Notes: generated by a model from the letters alone, not told the origin. Counted from the first letter of the whole stretch, positions 25,066 to 37,989 are shown. The stretch: 63,856 nucleotides of DNA, filler included, from Lama guanicoe (GCA_013239625.1; 77 parts of 77 records of this genome joined end to end with filler, not necessarily neighbours in it), one strand, 5' to 3'. Translations and numbers: made by a program.

Positions 25066-25485
25066 ATAGGTCTATTTTTAGTTTTTTGAGGAATCTCCAT
25101 ACTGTTTTCTATAAGAGGGCTGCACCAAACTACAGTCCCACCAGCAGTGTAGGAGGGTTCCCTTTCCTCCACACCCTCTCCAGCATTTATCATTTGTGAG
25201 CTTCTGAATGATGGCCATTCTGACTGGTGTGTGAGGTGATACCTCACTGTAGTTTTGATTTGCATTTCTCTGATAATTAGTGATACTGAGCATTTTCTCA
25301 TGTGCCTATTGGCTATTTGTATGTCTTTCTATTGCCTGGGTAGACTTCCCTAGGAGAACATTGCTAAGATTTATGTCAGAGACTGTTTTGTCTATGTTTT
25401 CTTCTAGGAGATTTATTCTGTCTTGTCTTATATTTAAATCTTAAATCCATTTTGAGTTTATTTTTGTGTATGGAGTGAGAGAGTA
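25066..25485 (-). mobile_element. LINE-1 ORF2 3' fragment with an internal deletion
   Basis: [23 protein letters not shown] and [17 protein letters not shown]; jumps to upstream ORF2 sequence near 25328. Confidence 0.9.
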
Positions 25486-25643
25486 NNNNNNNNNNNNNNN
25501 NNNNNNNNNNNNNNNNNNNNNNNNNNNNNTTAATTAATTAANNNNNNNNNNNNNNNNNNNNNNNNNNNNNNNNNNNNNNNNNNNNAGGCTGACAAGTCCA
25601 GAAGTAAACAGACTAAAGTGCATCTAAACAGCGCTCACTTTTC

Positions 25644-25780
25644 CTGGGTAATCTCATCTATCTCCACGTGGGGACACCGTGCCTCCTATTCTGGCCGGAC
25701 TTGTTCTTCCTGCTGAGCCGTGTCCCATTTGTACTCAAGTTCTGCCTGGCGCCGCTTCCAGAGCTCCAGAAGTAAGGTGA
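25644..25780 (-). pseudogene. ANO6: ANO6 (TMEM16F)-like internal exon, disabled
   Basis: After a pyrimidine tract and TAG acceptor (AG at 25782-25781) it reads [44 protein letters not shown], versus ANO6 as recalled [48 protein letters not shown]. There is an in-frame TAG at 25688-25686 and a two-codon deletion. Confidence 0.88.
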
Positions 25781-26104
25781 CTAACAGAGAGAGAGAAGAG
25801 CAGAATGTGGATCTTCAGTGATGACTGATGCTTCAGAAATCTGTACTTAATATTTATTACACTTAACACTTTGGTAAATGGTTAATAAAGTCACATTTTA
25901 TTTATAGGCGATACTAAAGAGAAAAATGAGTTAATACCTTTTTTTTAAGAAAAAAGAAAATGAAGATAATTTATTGAACTTTTGGAAACAGACAAGCTCT
26001 CTAGCTCAAGGGAAAGGTATTAACGTGATGGTCAGAGGCAGGTGACTGTCTGATGCTAAAGTACCTGCTTCCAGCATATTATGCCCACTAAAAACACAAA
26101 TATC

Positions 26105-26197
26105 GGGGGGAAGGGTGGGTATATCTCAGTGGTAAAGCACGTTCTAAGCATGCACAAGGTCCTGGGTTCAAGTCCCATTACCTCCATTAAAAAAATT
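26105..26197 (+). mobile_element. tRNA-derived SINE, camelid vic-1-like
   Basis: gggtatatctcagtggtaaagcacgttctaagcatgcacaaggtcctgggttcaagtccc...ctccattaaaaaaa, with Pol III A box (~26122-26132), B box (26165-26175) and an A tail. Confidence 0.85.
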
Positions 26198-26433
26198 NNN
26201 NNNNNNNNNNNNNNNNNNNNNNNNNNNNNNNNNNNNNNNNNNNNNNNNNNNNNNNNNNNNNNNNNNNNNNNNNNNNNNNNNNNNNNNNNNNNNNNNNNNN
26301 NNNNNNNNNNNNNNNNNNNNNNNNNNNNNNNNNNNNNNNNNNNNNNNNNNNNNNNNNNNNNNNNNNNNNNNNNNNNNNNNNNNNNNNNNNNNNNNNNNNN
26401 NNNNNNNNNNNNNNNNNNNNNNNNNNNNNNNNC

Positions 26434-26795
26434 GTCATTCAGTTTTAAGACTCGTAGCTTCAAATTGTAGACAAAAACAACATGAAATGTTAATTGAAAA
26501 TGTGGCTTCAGGGTAAATCCCCTAAGCCCTTCTTCCCACCAGACAGTTACCCCTCTGTCTAGAGAACTCTCTAGAGAAATTGCAGAATAACCACTGTTCC
26601 CTCCACCGTTATACCTGAGTCCCTACCATGCACTGAGAATAAAGAGAAAAAAACACGGTCCCTGATTCCGGGAGCTCCTAGGTGCACAAGAGTCATCGTG
26701 TAATGATGGCTGAGGAGGCTTGTTAAGAGAGCTTGGATAACAGTCTGCAGAGGGTGCTCGGGGCAGAGAGCCGGAACTGTAGCCAAGGCTCTCCC
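26434..26795. repeat. Low-copy duplicated segment on the same scaffold as the ANO6 pseudo-exon
   Basis: Reverse-complement paralog of 55332-55687. Confidence 0.9.
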
Positions 26796-26895
26796 NNNNN
26801 NNNNNNNNNNNNNNNNNNNNNNNNNNNNNNNNNNNNNNNTTAATTAATTAANNNNNNNNNNNNNNNNNNNNNNNNNNNNNNNNNNNNNNNNNNNN

Positions 26896-27942
26896 ATATT
26901 TCTTTTAGCATGGGTTTAGTGTTGCTAAACTCCTGCAGATTTTTCTTGCCTGTGAAACTCTTTATTTCTCCTTCTATCCTAAAGGGTAGCCTTGCTGGAT
27001 AAAGTATCCTAGGCTGCATCTTTTTTTCATTCAGGGCTTTGAATATATCTTGCCACTCCCTTCTGGCCTGTAGTGTTTGTGTAGAGAAATCNNNNNNNNN
27101 NNNNNNNNNNNNNNNNNNNNNNNNNNNNNNNNNNNNNNNNNNNNNNNNNNNNNNNNNNNNNNNNNNNNNNNNNNNNNNNNNNNNNNNNNNNNNNNNNNNN
27201 NNNNNNNNNNNNNNNNNNNNNNNNNNNNNNNNNNNNNNNNNNNNNNNNNNNNNNNNNNNNNNNNNNNNNNNNNNNNNNNNNNNNNNNNNNNNNNNNNNNN
27301 NNNNNNNNNNNNNNNNNNNATGATTTCTTCAAAAACCTTTTCAATCCCCTTTGATCCTTCTTCCCCTTCTGGGACCCCTATTATGCGAAGATTGGGAAGC
27401 TTTATATTATCCCATAGGTCCCTTATGCTATTATTATTTTTTATTTGCTTATCTTGTAGTTCTTCTGAATGGGTGCTTTCTGTTGCCCTGTCTTCTAGAC
27501 CACTTATTCGTTCCTCTGCATTAACTAGTCGGCTTTGCACAGCTGATAGTTCATTCCTCATCTCTGTCAATGAGTTTTCCCATTTTGCTTGGCTCTTCTT
27601 TATAGCTTCAATTTCATTTTTGACATATTTTATTTCTCTAAGCACTATCTCTTTTAATTCCTTCAGCAATTTGATCACTCCTTTTTTGAAATTTTGATCT
27701 AGTAGGCTATCGATGTCTATTTTATTGAGCTTTCTTTCAGGGGATTCCTCTTGTTCTTTTAATTGGGAAAGGTTTCTCTGCTTCCTCATCCTACTCATAC
27801 CTCTCTGGCACTGTGGTTTATGGAGTATCATTTGTCTATTTTGGATCTTAAGGATTTTATCTCTCTAATGCTTATTTAGGAATAGAACTTGGGAGAAAAA
27901 AGAAAAAAAGAAAAAAAGAGAAAAAAATAAGAGAGAGAGAGA
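26896..27942 (-). mobile_element. LINE-1 ORF1 (coiled coil and RRM), relatively young
   Basis: ORF 27831-27031 reads MRKQRNLSQLKEQ...RLVNAEERISGLED...IRDLWDNIKLPNLRIIGVPEGEE. Confidence 0.96.
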
Positions 27943-29021
27943 NNNNNNNNNNNNNNNNNNNNNNNNNNNNNNNNNNNNNNNNNNNNTTAATTAATTAANN
28001 NNNNNNNNNNNNNNNNNNNNNNNNNNNNNNNNNNNNNNNNNNGACTCTACCCTCTGCTGCTAGATCAGACCGGAACCTTGTTCAGCTCAGACATCCGGGA
28101 GGGAAAATACATACCCAGAGAGCATGGGCTCCACCTCGGGCAGCAGGACCCTTCCCCGGCTCTCCACATCCCAGCCAGCCAGTTTTTTCCTCGGCTGTCT
28201 ATGTGACCGGGCCCCCCAGGCCTCTGTCCTGCTCTTTCTTGAGGCAGATACCCAGCCCCAACATGACTGCTCCACCTCCACCAGACAGGAAGGGGCCGTG
28301 TGGCTGCCTGGGTGGGATCTGAGTGGTGGCCCAGCCTGGGCGGGCCTACCCTGGGCCTCCCTGTGTTAACTTTGGGTCTCTCTGGCCAAAAGGCCAGAGG
28401 CGCCTTGGGTGAGANNNNNNNNNNNNNNNNNNNNNNNNNNGTCTCTAGACCTAGAAACACCTATTGCATCTGTCACCCCCACGGGCTGGCATCAAAGGGA
28501 GATCGTGCACAGACTCAGCAAAGGAAGGACCTCACAGAGGGCTGGCAGAGTGCAAAGCACACCCCACACAGGCCGGGGTCTGCCCTGGGGTCTGGAGAAA
28601 GTCACTTTCCTTGCTGCTTGCTTCCCCGCTCCCAGTCGTGAGACTGAAATTAAATACAACTCTGATATCGTCCGCTCTGGGATACAACCTCCTAGGTCAT
28701 TCTGTCATGTTGAAATACAGGCCCAGTATCCCATCTCGGCCTCTGTGATGGGCTACCCCACAATGGCTTCCTACTTTTTGCCTTCTGTTCCCACACCCTT
28801 GTGGGATCCCCACACCCTCCCCTGGAGGGTGGATGGACTTTGGGACCAGGTTCTGACACATAGACTTACTTCTGAAAATGTATGTGAGTTCCACTCATTA
28901 CCAGCTCCAGTGTTCCTTCTCNNNNNNNNNNNNNNNNNNNNNNNNNNNNNNNNNNNNNNNNNNNNTTAATTAATTAANNNNNNNNNNNNNNNNNNNNNNN
29001 NNNNNNNNNNNNNNNNNNNNN

Positions 29022-29256
29022 ACATGAGGAAAACCCTCAAGGGAGAAGAACACAGGCAATCCATTAGAACACAAGCGCTGCCGACCGTTGGTGGAACCTC
29101 CCCACTCTCAGCATTCCGGAAACTTTGTGATGGAGTGAGGGATCTCGAGAGACAACTCAACGCAGCTCTCTTCAGTCTCAGGTATTCCCTGCTTGGGGAA
29201 GTCCGAAAAATACCTTCCTTGAACTTGGGGAGGCAGCCTCTGTCACTGGGATTTCC
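29022..29256 (+). repeat. 266-268-bp satellite, partial monomer
   Basis: gcgctgccgaccgttggtggaacctcccca...ggcagcctctgtcactggg. Confidence 0.92.
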
Positions 29257-29356
29257 NNNNNNNNNNNNNNNNNNNNNNNNNNNNNNNNNNNNNNNNNNNN
29301 TTAATTAATTAANNNNNNNNNNNNNNNNNNNNNNNNNNNNNNNNNNNNNNNNNNNN

Positions 29357-30470
29357 TGTTCTTTGTTTCCCCTCCTCCAGCACACACACGAAGTTTTCTG
29401 GTATCGATAGTGTGGGGAGGCTCCTGCAACTGACAATAGCAGCTGGGATCTAATTGGATCCATTAGATTGAGTTCCCTGAGTATTTTCCTTGGCCTGATT
29501 TTGAGCGAAGTTATGGGTTGTGCTCTAAAACCAAGTATTAGNNNNNNNNNNNNNNNNNNNNNNNNNNNNNNNNNNNNNNNNNNNNNNNNNNNNNNNNNNN
29601 NNNNNNNNNNNNNNNNNNNNNNNNNNNNNNNNNNNNNNNNNNNNNNNNNNNNNNNNNNNNNNNNNNNNNNNNNNNNNNNNNNNNNNNNNNNNNNAGAGCA
29701 GCGCTTCTAATAAAATACATTTACTTGTCTTCCATGATGGCTTGCCAAGGGCGGTGTGCGGGGGAAATTGGGGGTTGGGCTGTAAATCCAGGTATTAACG
29801 AGTGCTTCTCCATGGGAAGAGTTAATTATTCACTAAAACCCCACAACCTGGGAATACCTGTGCTCCTTGAAGGAAGCGTGGACTCTGTATCCCTACCACC
29901 AGAACACACATGTAGAAATTTTCAGCTAACCGGAATGTGGGCTGGCAATTTCAGGTGACAGAAGCGGCTGGGTTCTAATAGAATCCCTCAGCTTGTAATC
30001 CCTGAGTGTTTCCCTAGGACTGACTCTGAGAGAAACTTGGGGGTTGGGCTTTGAGGCCAAATAGTAGCGAGTGTCCCCGATGGACTGAGGAAGTATTTAG
30101 ATGAATTCTCCATAAAGGGAAACACCTGAGCACCCATTCATCTGCGTGGAGTGGGGCTTCAAATCTCCCCACCACACNNNNNNNNNNNNNNNNNNNNNNN
30201 NNNNNNNNNNNNNNNNNNNNNNNNNNNNNNNNNNNNNNNNNNNNNNNNNNNNNNNNNNNNNNNNNNNNNNNNNNNNNNNNNNNNNNNNNNNNNNNNNNNN
30301 NNNNNNNNNNNNNNNNNNNNNNNNNNNNNNNNNNNNNNNNNNNNNNNNNNNNNNNNNNNNNNNNCTACAACCCATGGGAATTACTGTGACCCCTAAAAAA
30401 TGCGTGCGCTTTCCCCACGAACAGCACACACAGGAAGAATTGTTCTGGGGTTCTGATTGTGGGGAGGTTC
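29357..30470 (-). repeat. Diverged ~265-bp satellite related to the 266-268-bp family
   Basis: Shares cagcacacac..gttctgg..tggggaggttc and gggttctaatagaatccc.tagcttg motifs with 1201-2042. Confidence 0.85.
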
Positions 30471-30570
30471 NNNNNNNNNNNNNNNNNNNNNNNNNNNNNN
30501 NNNNNNNNNNNNNNTTAATTAATTAANNNNNNNNNNNNNNNNNNNNNNNNNNNNNNNNNNNNNNNNNNNN

Positions 30571-31690
30571 GATGTAAAATGGATTTAGGTTACCCAACTC
30601 TATATGAAAAACAAAAACCCAATCAAAAAAAGAGCAGAATACCTGAGCTAATATTTTTCTAAAGAAAACATACAGATGAGTAACAGGCAAATGATAAAAA
30701 TGCCCAACATTACTAATTTTTGGTAATTGCAAATCAAAACCACAATGAGGTATCATTTCACACTGGTCAAATGGCTATTATCAAAAAGTCTACAAATAGA
30801 AAGTGTTGGAGAAGATGTGGAAGAAACAAATCTNNNNNNNNNNNNNNNNNNNNNNNNNNNNNNNNNNNNNNNNNNNNNNNNNNNNNNNNNNNNNNNNNNN
30901 NNNNNNNNNNNNNNNNNNNNNNNNNNNNNNNNNNNNNNNNNNNNNNNNNNNNNNNNNNNNNNNNNNNNNNNNNNNNNNNNNNNNNNNNNNNNNNNNNNNN
31001 NNNNNNNNNNNNNNNNNNNNNNNNNNNNNNNNNNNNNNCCACAGTAGACTATGGACTTAAGAAGAAATGATGCTTCTATAAATATGCAATGGAATATTAC
31101 TCAGCCATGAAAAATTATAACACATTGCTATTTCAGCATCATTAATGTGCTTAGTGAAGTATCTTAGACAAAGACAAAAGCATATAATATAACTTATGTT
31201 GAATTTAAAGTATAACAAATATCTGTATATATATATCGATAGCTATCTATTGATAGATGACAAATAGAAAGAAGTATAGATACATAGATACATGTTAGAT
31301 AGATAGATAGTTAAAAAGATAGGTATATAGATAGATAGATAGACAGACAGATAGATAGAGAAATGGTAGAGAGATAGAGAGATTAGATAGACAAGACTGA
31401 AGCAGACTGAAAGATACGGGAAAATATTTATGTTTACCAAAGTGGAAGGGAAAGACAATTTAATGGTAGGACATTGACAAGTACAAAGTAGTACACATAA
31501 AGGAGATAAGCAACAAGAATAACCTGTATAGATCAGGGGATTATACATAATAACATATAATAATTTTATGTTACAATTATTGTAATAATTTATAATGAAA
31601 TATAATCTTCAAAGTGGTTGGAATAACTATGCTGTAAATCTGAAACAACACAATATAGTCCATCGAATTTACTTCAAATAAAAATAAAAT
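30571..31690 (+). mobile_element. Older LINE-1 3' end containing a (GATA)n expansion (~31225-31410)
   Basis: QIKTTMRYHFTLVK motif, atggaatattactcagccat 3' UTR sequence, terminal acttcaaataaaaataaaa. Confidence 0.85.
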
Positions 31691-31860
31691 ATCTCATGTA
31701 TAATTTAATCTTTTTTCTGCTGATAGCATCTTTTTTAATATTGTTTTATTTTTACTCTTTNNNNNNNNNNNNNNNNNNNNNNNNNNNNNNNNNNNNNNNN
31801 NNNNTTAATTAATTAANNNNNNNNNNNNNNNNNNNNNNNNNNNNNNNNNNNNNNNNNNNN

Positions 31861-32361
31861 TTATTCTGTGTTCTACATTCAATATTTTAATTGTTTATAA
31901 AGTATACTGCATGTTATATTCTAAATTCTGTGTTCTGCATTCCATGTTCTAAATTCTGGGTTCTATATTCAATTTTCTATTTTCTATATTCTGTGTTCTA
32001 CATTCTATATTCTAAATTCTATATTCATTATTCTGTATTCTATATTCTATATTCTGTGTTCTACATTCTATATTCTAAATTCTATATTCAGTATTATGTA
32101 TTCTGTAACCTAAATTCTGTGTTCTGTATTCCATGTTCTAAATCCTGGGTTCTTTATTCTCTATTCTCTTTTCTATATTCTTTGTTCTACATTCAATATT
32201 CTAAATTCTATATTCATTATTCTGTATTCTATATTCTATATTCTGTGTTCTACATTCTATATTCTAAATTCTATATTCACCTTTATTCTGGTTTCTATAT
32301 TCTGTATTCTACATTCTATATTCTGTGATCTACATTCTATATTCTAAATTCTATATTCAGT
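31861..32361 (+). repeat. 7-bp-based satellite
   Basis: Heptamer array with 70-bp and 189-bp internal duplications. Confidence 0.95.
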
Positions 32362-32461
32362 NNNNNNNNNNNNNNNNNNNNNNNNNNNNNNNNNNNNNNN
32401 NNNNNTTAATTAATTAANNNNNNNNNNNNNNNNNNNNNNNNNNNNNNNNNNNNNNNNNNNN

Positions 32462-32948
32462 TCAGTCACAGGTGTTCCCTGTTAGGGGGAATTCTGAGAA
32501 ATATCTTCCCCGAACTTGGGGAGGCAGCCTCAGCCACTCTGATTGCCTGCAAACACCCCTAGCATTCCCTGGCATTGAGACATTAGGAAAAAAACCAGCG
32601 GAGTCGAGCTTAGGCACTCCGTTACAACCCACGCGCTGCCGACCGTTGGTGGAACCTCCCCACGCTCAGGATTCCGGAACCATTTTCAGTGCGTGGGGAG
32701 CTCGAGAGACAACTCCACGCAGCTCTCTTCAGTCNNNNNNNNNNNNNNNNNNNNNNNNNNNNNNNNNNNNNNNNNNNNNNNNNNNNNNNNNNNNNNNNNN
32801 NNNNNNNNNNNNNNNNNNNNNNNNNNNNNNNNNNNNNNNNNNNNACCCAGGGGAGCTTAGGCATTCCGTTTTATCCCACGCGCTGCCGACGTTTCGTGCA
32901 ACCTCCCCACGTTCAGGAATCCGGAACCATTGTCAGTGCGTGGGGGAG
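32462..32948 (+). repeat. 266-268-bp satellite
   Basis: Same consensus as 7805-9027. Confidence 0.95.
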
Positions 32949-33048
32949 NNNNNNNNNNNNNNNNNNNNNNNNNNNNNNNNNNNNNNNNNNNNTTAATTAA
33001 TTAANNNNNNNNNNNNNNNNNNNNNNNNNNNNNNNNNNNNNNNNNNNN

Positions 33049-33186
33049 TCTTAGAGTCGGCTGGTTAGCAACCTAAACAGCATCTGCAAGCATAGGCTCC
33101 CTTTGCCAGAGAACCTGAACTCTTCATATATTCTGGGGAATAGAACATAGACATCTTGGGGGGGGATCATTTTTCTACCTACCACA
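33049..33186 (-). mobile_element. MaLR (MLT1-type) LTR end
   Basis: catctgcaag...ccctttgcca...ttctggggaatagaacatagacatcttgggggg...ctacctaccaca resembles the MLT1 terminus. Confidence 0.65.
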
Positions 33187-34029
33187 ATAACGTATTTAAG
33201 ATAATTTCTGGGTTTGAGTTTCTGTTCTCATGAAACTCTTGATCTATCTTCTGTGTTGCCTTCCACACCAGCATTCTACTTCTGGCCAATCTAACTGCAG
33301 AGCTCACCCCTCTCTGTGGTGTCCCCCAAAACCACTTACACAAGCAGGCCATTCTGTTTTTTGGAGCATGGAGGAGAAACTCAAGCAACTTGAACTTTGA
33401 AATAAGAAACATCCATCATTTTAAAATCTTCCATGCCACTATAAAAAAAATTATTTTTTTAACATCACTTTTAATTTTTAATCTATTTTAAACTTTGTTA
33501 CTTTTTTCAAACTTTACTTTTTTTCTTATCATCCTTCATTGTAGGCTCCAGAAACCTGCTATTCTGCCCACCGCATCCAAGACCCTTTCATTGTTTCTCC
33601 TCCATTCCTTAAACTTCCTTCTCTCTCCCTTCTTACCAAGTTTTTGTACATTCTCTTTATAGGGCAGTTAAATTATTTTTTCTTTCTTTCTTTCTGTTTT
33701 TGCCGAGTGAACGCCTTTGGGTGTCAGTGTGTCCTTCCACATTTCTTCACAAGGGCTACGCCTTTCAGCTTCAGTATGGAGTACTGGGGTCTGTCTCGAA
33801 ACAAAGGCATTTCCCTTGTCCCCCAGCTCACCATGCCCCTCAAAAAAAACAAGATTCTGATCTTTGCTGTGAAATGAATATTTTTTTCCCTACTGTGTAG
33901 TAGACAACTCTTATCCTGATCTCACAGTCNNNNNNNNNNNNNNNNNNNNNNNNNNNNNNNNNNNNNNNNNNNNTTAATTAATTAANNNNNNNNNNNNNNN
34001 NNNNNNNNNNNNNNNNNNNNNNNNNNNNN

Positions 34030-34582
34030 AGTTCCAAGATTCCGGACTTCTAAACAGAAGAAATTGCAGAGATCATAATAGCGCTCATGTTCTTGGAACA
34101 GGTCATGAGAATCCACATATCACAAGGAGCAATTGCAAACCTCTAAGACCTCCAAGCACCAAGCCCTGGTAAGACTTCTCCCAGGTTTGTGCCTTGCTAT
34201 GAAGCACTTTCTCTTCCCTCCCCACCACTGAGGCATCCATTTCAAAGGATCAGCACTGAGCTGAATGAATCCATTAGGAGCAGAGTAAGCCCCTCCTAGA
34301 ATCAGAGTTCAACCACATTCACATTCTGTGCACGAAAGTGAACTCTTCCAACTACTCTCGAATAGAATGGAATTGAATTCTGAGATCACAGCCTGAAATG
34401 GTAACCTTCCCGTAGATTCAGCAAATGCTGGGGTTATGTCTTCTTTGGAGTGAAGGGAGTGTGGTAAGTGAGGTGAATCTTTAACTGAACTTCAGTTTTT
34501 CAAGATAGTATAGGTAGCTATTATAAGTCAGTTATTTAAATGACCTGTAAAAGTCACCATAGACATTTAGGGACACATGTTT
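34030..34582. repeat. Unidentified multi-copy family B, copy 1
   Basis: 34454-34580 is the reverse-complement paralog of ~56553-56693. Confidence 0.75.
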
Positions 34583-35217
34583 NNNNNNNNNNNNNNNNNN
34601 NNNNNNNNNNNNNNNNNNNNNNNNNNTTAATTAATTAANNNNNNNNNNNNNNNNNNNNNNNNNNNNNNNNNNNNNNNNNNNNTTAGACTTTCTCTTCCCC
34701 TTTTCTGGTGTTCTCCCTTTGGTGATTCTGAAACACTGTTTTTCTTCAGTGTTTTCCTGACCACCATTTTCAACACTTGGTCTGTATAGCGTTTTGCAGT
34801 CTAATTGTTTGAAAGCTTATCTTTTGGGCCTTCAATATCTTTGGAACTGAAAACGGTACTTCCTGTTTCTTTTACTGTACTTCTTCATCTCTACTGGTCA
34901 GGTAAAATCAGATATCTAATGTAGACTTCTAGGGCTTTGTTAAGTGAAAATTTTAGACTCTTGGCTCTACGCAGTTCCATGGGATATCTGTGAGGACAAT
35001 TTCTCCCAGACATTGATGCCATATCCTGTTCCTGTGTGTGTTGTATTGTATTTCTCCAATTGCTGGTGTTGCATTTGATGTGATAAACAACCCATACTAT
35101 TTCGAGTAGCATAACTTNNNNNNNNNNNNNNNNNNNNNNNNNNNNNNNNNNNNNNNNNNNNTTAATTAATTAANNNNNNNNNNNNNNNNNNNNNNNNNNN
35201 NNNNNNNNNNNNNNNNN

Positions 35218-36024
35218 CCATTCCTTCATCTAGCTTGAAGGGAACAAAAAGTTTCTTTTCTGTTGCAAAAACCACTCCATACATATATATGGGGATGTAC
35301 AACCTCCAACTCGGTTTTACAGTGAAAAAGGCAGGCACTTCAAATCGGCACTAGGAAACAGACTGAGAAACGAGAATAAGTGTCTCTCCTGCAATACGTT
35401 AACTTTGTGCTGGATGAACGAATGTCTCTCCACATGCTCAGTTCTGAGAGATAAGTGTGTGTGAAAGCCGTCCTTCAACTAGCTTGAAGGGAACACAAAG
35501 TTTCTTGTCAGGTGCAAACTATACTCCATACATATATATGGGGAGGTACAAGCTCCAACTCGGAAGGAAATTCGAACCGGCACTAGGAAACAGACTGAGA
35601 AACCAGAGTAAGTGTTTCACTGCAACCCGTTCCCTTTGTGCTGGATGAAAGAACGTCTCTCCACATGCTCAGTTCTGAATGATAACTGTGTGTGAAAGCC
35701 GTCCTTCAACAAGCTTGAAGGGAACACAAAGTTTCTTTTCAGTTGCAAACTCCACTAAACACATATATATGGGGAGGAACAAGCTCCAACTCGGTTTTAC
35801 AGTGCAAACCGCAGGAAATTCAAATCGGCACTAGGAAACAGACTGAGAAACCAGAGTAAGGGTTTCTCCTGCAACCCGTTCCTTTGTGCTGGATGAGCGA
35901 ACGTCTCTCCACATGCTCAGTTCTGAGTGGCATGTGTGTGTAAAACCGTCCTTCAGCTAGCTTGGAAGGAACACTAATTTTCTTGTCAGTTGCAAACTCC
36001 ACTCCATACATATATATGGGGAGG
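35218..36024 (-). repeat. 249-bp satellite (reverse orientation) including a 231-bp deletion monomer
   Basis: acatatatatgggga at 35281, 35530, 35761 and 36008. Confidence 0.95.
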
Positions 36025-36124
36025 NNNNNNNNNNNNNNNNNNNNNNNNNNNNNNNNNNNNNNNNNNNNTTAATTAATTAANNNNNNNNNNNNNNNNNNNN
36101 NNNNNNNNNNNNNNNNNNNNNNNN

Positions 36125-36562
36125 TGATTATGCCGTTGAGGAGAAAATGTACTCATGGTTGAACTCTGATATTGCAGCCTGGTTCATAGTTTCACGTCTT
36201 CTGTTACATTAATAAGTTAAGTTTCTGGTTTTCTTGCATCAGTGTCTCATGAGTTTGGTTAATGTGAAACCAGTCCATGGGAGCCCAAAATTTTTGAGCA
36301 CGTTGTGGCACTTCTACCCATGCAGTCCTGACTGGAGTATGTCCGCCTTCCGCACTGATTTCCCCCAACAGCAGGGTCCTATCCCACACCCGGATGTGAG
36401 GCTGGGAGCTCTCTGCGTAGGCCAGTCAGAGGCCAAGTCCACTAATCAGAAAATGATGAAGTACCTGATAGTGGGTTTAATAGAAGAAAAGGGCTTCCAG
36501 GAAGTCTGATGGGCTGTTCAAGTCCATTTGGTGAGAAGCTGTCCACTGTGTGTGGTTGAGCT
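36125..36562. repeat. Unidentified multi-copy family A, copy 3
   Basis: Aligns to 15706-16169 with two short deletions. Confidence 0.88.
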
Positions 36563-37153
36563 NNNNNNNNNNNNNNNNNNNNNNNNNNNNNNNNNNNNNN
36601 NNNNNNTTAATTAATTAANNNNNNNNNNNNNNNNNNNNNNNNNNNNNNNNNNNNNNNNNNNNTAGGAGGAAAAGTGAGTGTTAAAAACAAAACAAAACAA
36701 AAACAAAAACCTAAGGGGAAAGAGATAGACAGAGGTGCAGAAAGAGAGAGAGAGAGAGCGATTCCATCCACGCTTGGAGGGAACATGCAGGGGGTGAGGA
36801 CCAAGGACCTTCCGGACATGGTGGGAAGGAGCCTGTGGCCCTAGAGGGGAGATGGAAACCCGTTCATAGAGGAAAGGAGGGCAGGGGGAAAGGGCTACGA
36901 GGATGGACATCTGCCTGAGGGCAGGAAGGAAGATCTGACGGCTTCTACCTCTGAGAGTAGACTGGACCGTGGCTGCTAAGGGAGAAAGTCAGCCTGTGGA
37001 GTTTGGAGGTTTGAGATGAGAGACAAATTTACACAGTGAGACTGAACTGAAATNNNNNNNNNNNNNNNNNNNNNNNNNNNNNNNNNNNNNNNNNNNNTTA
37101 ATTAATTAANNNNNNNNNNNNNNNNNNNNNNNNNNNNNNNNNNNNNNNNNNNN

Positions 37154-37889
37154 CTGAATATAGAATTTAGAATATAGAATGTACAACACACAATATGGAA
37201 TACAGAATAGATAATATAGAAGCCAGAATTTAGAACATGGAATGCAGAAAACAGAATTTAGAATATAGAATACAGAATAATGAATATCGAATTTAGAATA
37301 TAAACGCAGAACACAGAATATAGAATATAGAAAACGGAATGCATAATATANNNNNNNNNNNNNNNNNNNNNNNNNNNNNNNNNNNNNNNNNNNNNNNNNN
37401 NNNNNNNNNNNNNNNNNNNNNNNNNNNNNNNNNNNNNNNNNNNNNNNNNNNNNNNNNNNNNNNNNNNNNNNNNNNNNNNNNNNNNNNNNNNNNNNNNNNN
37501 NNNNNNNNNNNNNNNNNNNNNNNNNNNNNNNNNNNNNNNNNNNNNNNNNNNNNNNNNNNNNNNNNNNNNNNNNNNNNNNNNNNNNNNNNNNNNNNNNNNN
37601 NNNNNNNNNNNNNNNNNNNNNNNNNNNNNNNNNNNNNNNNNNNNNNNNNNNNNNNNNNNNNNNNNNNNNNNNNNNNNNNNNNNNNNNNNNNNNNNNNNNN
37701 NNNTGTAGAACACAGAATATAGAATATAGAATACGGAATGAAGAATATAGAATACAGAATATAGAATGTTGAACACAGAATATAGAAATAAGAAAACAGA
37801 ATACAGAACCAAGAATTTAGAAAATTCAATGCAGAGCACACATTTTAATATATAGAATACAGAATACTGAATATAAAATTTAGAATATA
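37154..37889 (-). repeat. 7-bp-based satellite (reverse orientation)
   Basis: AGAATAT array. Confidence 0.95.
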
Positions 37890-37989
37890 NNNNNNNNNNN
37901 NNNNNNNNNNNNNNNNNNNNNNNNNNNNNNNNNTTAATTAATTAANNNNNNNNNNNNNNNNNNNNNNNNNNNNNNNNNNNNNNNNNNNN

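Noticed and set aside
26105..26197. Possible tRNA gene
   Set aside because: No proper acceptor-stem pairing, and it has an A-rich tail; it fits a tRNA-derived SINE.
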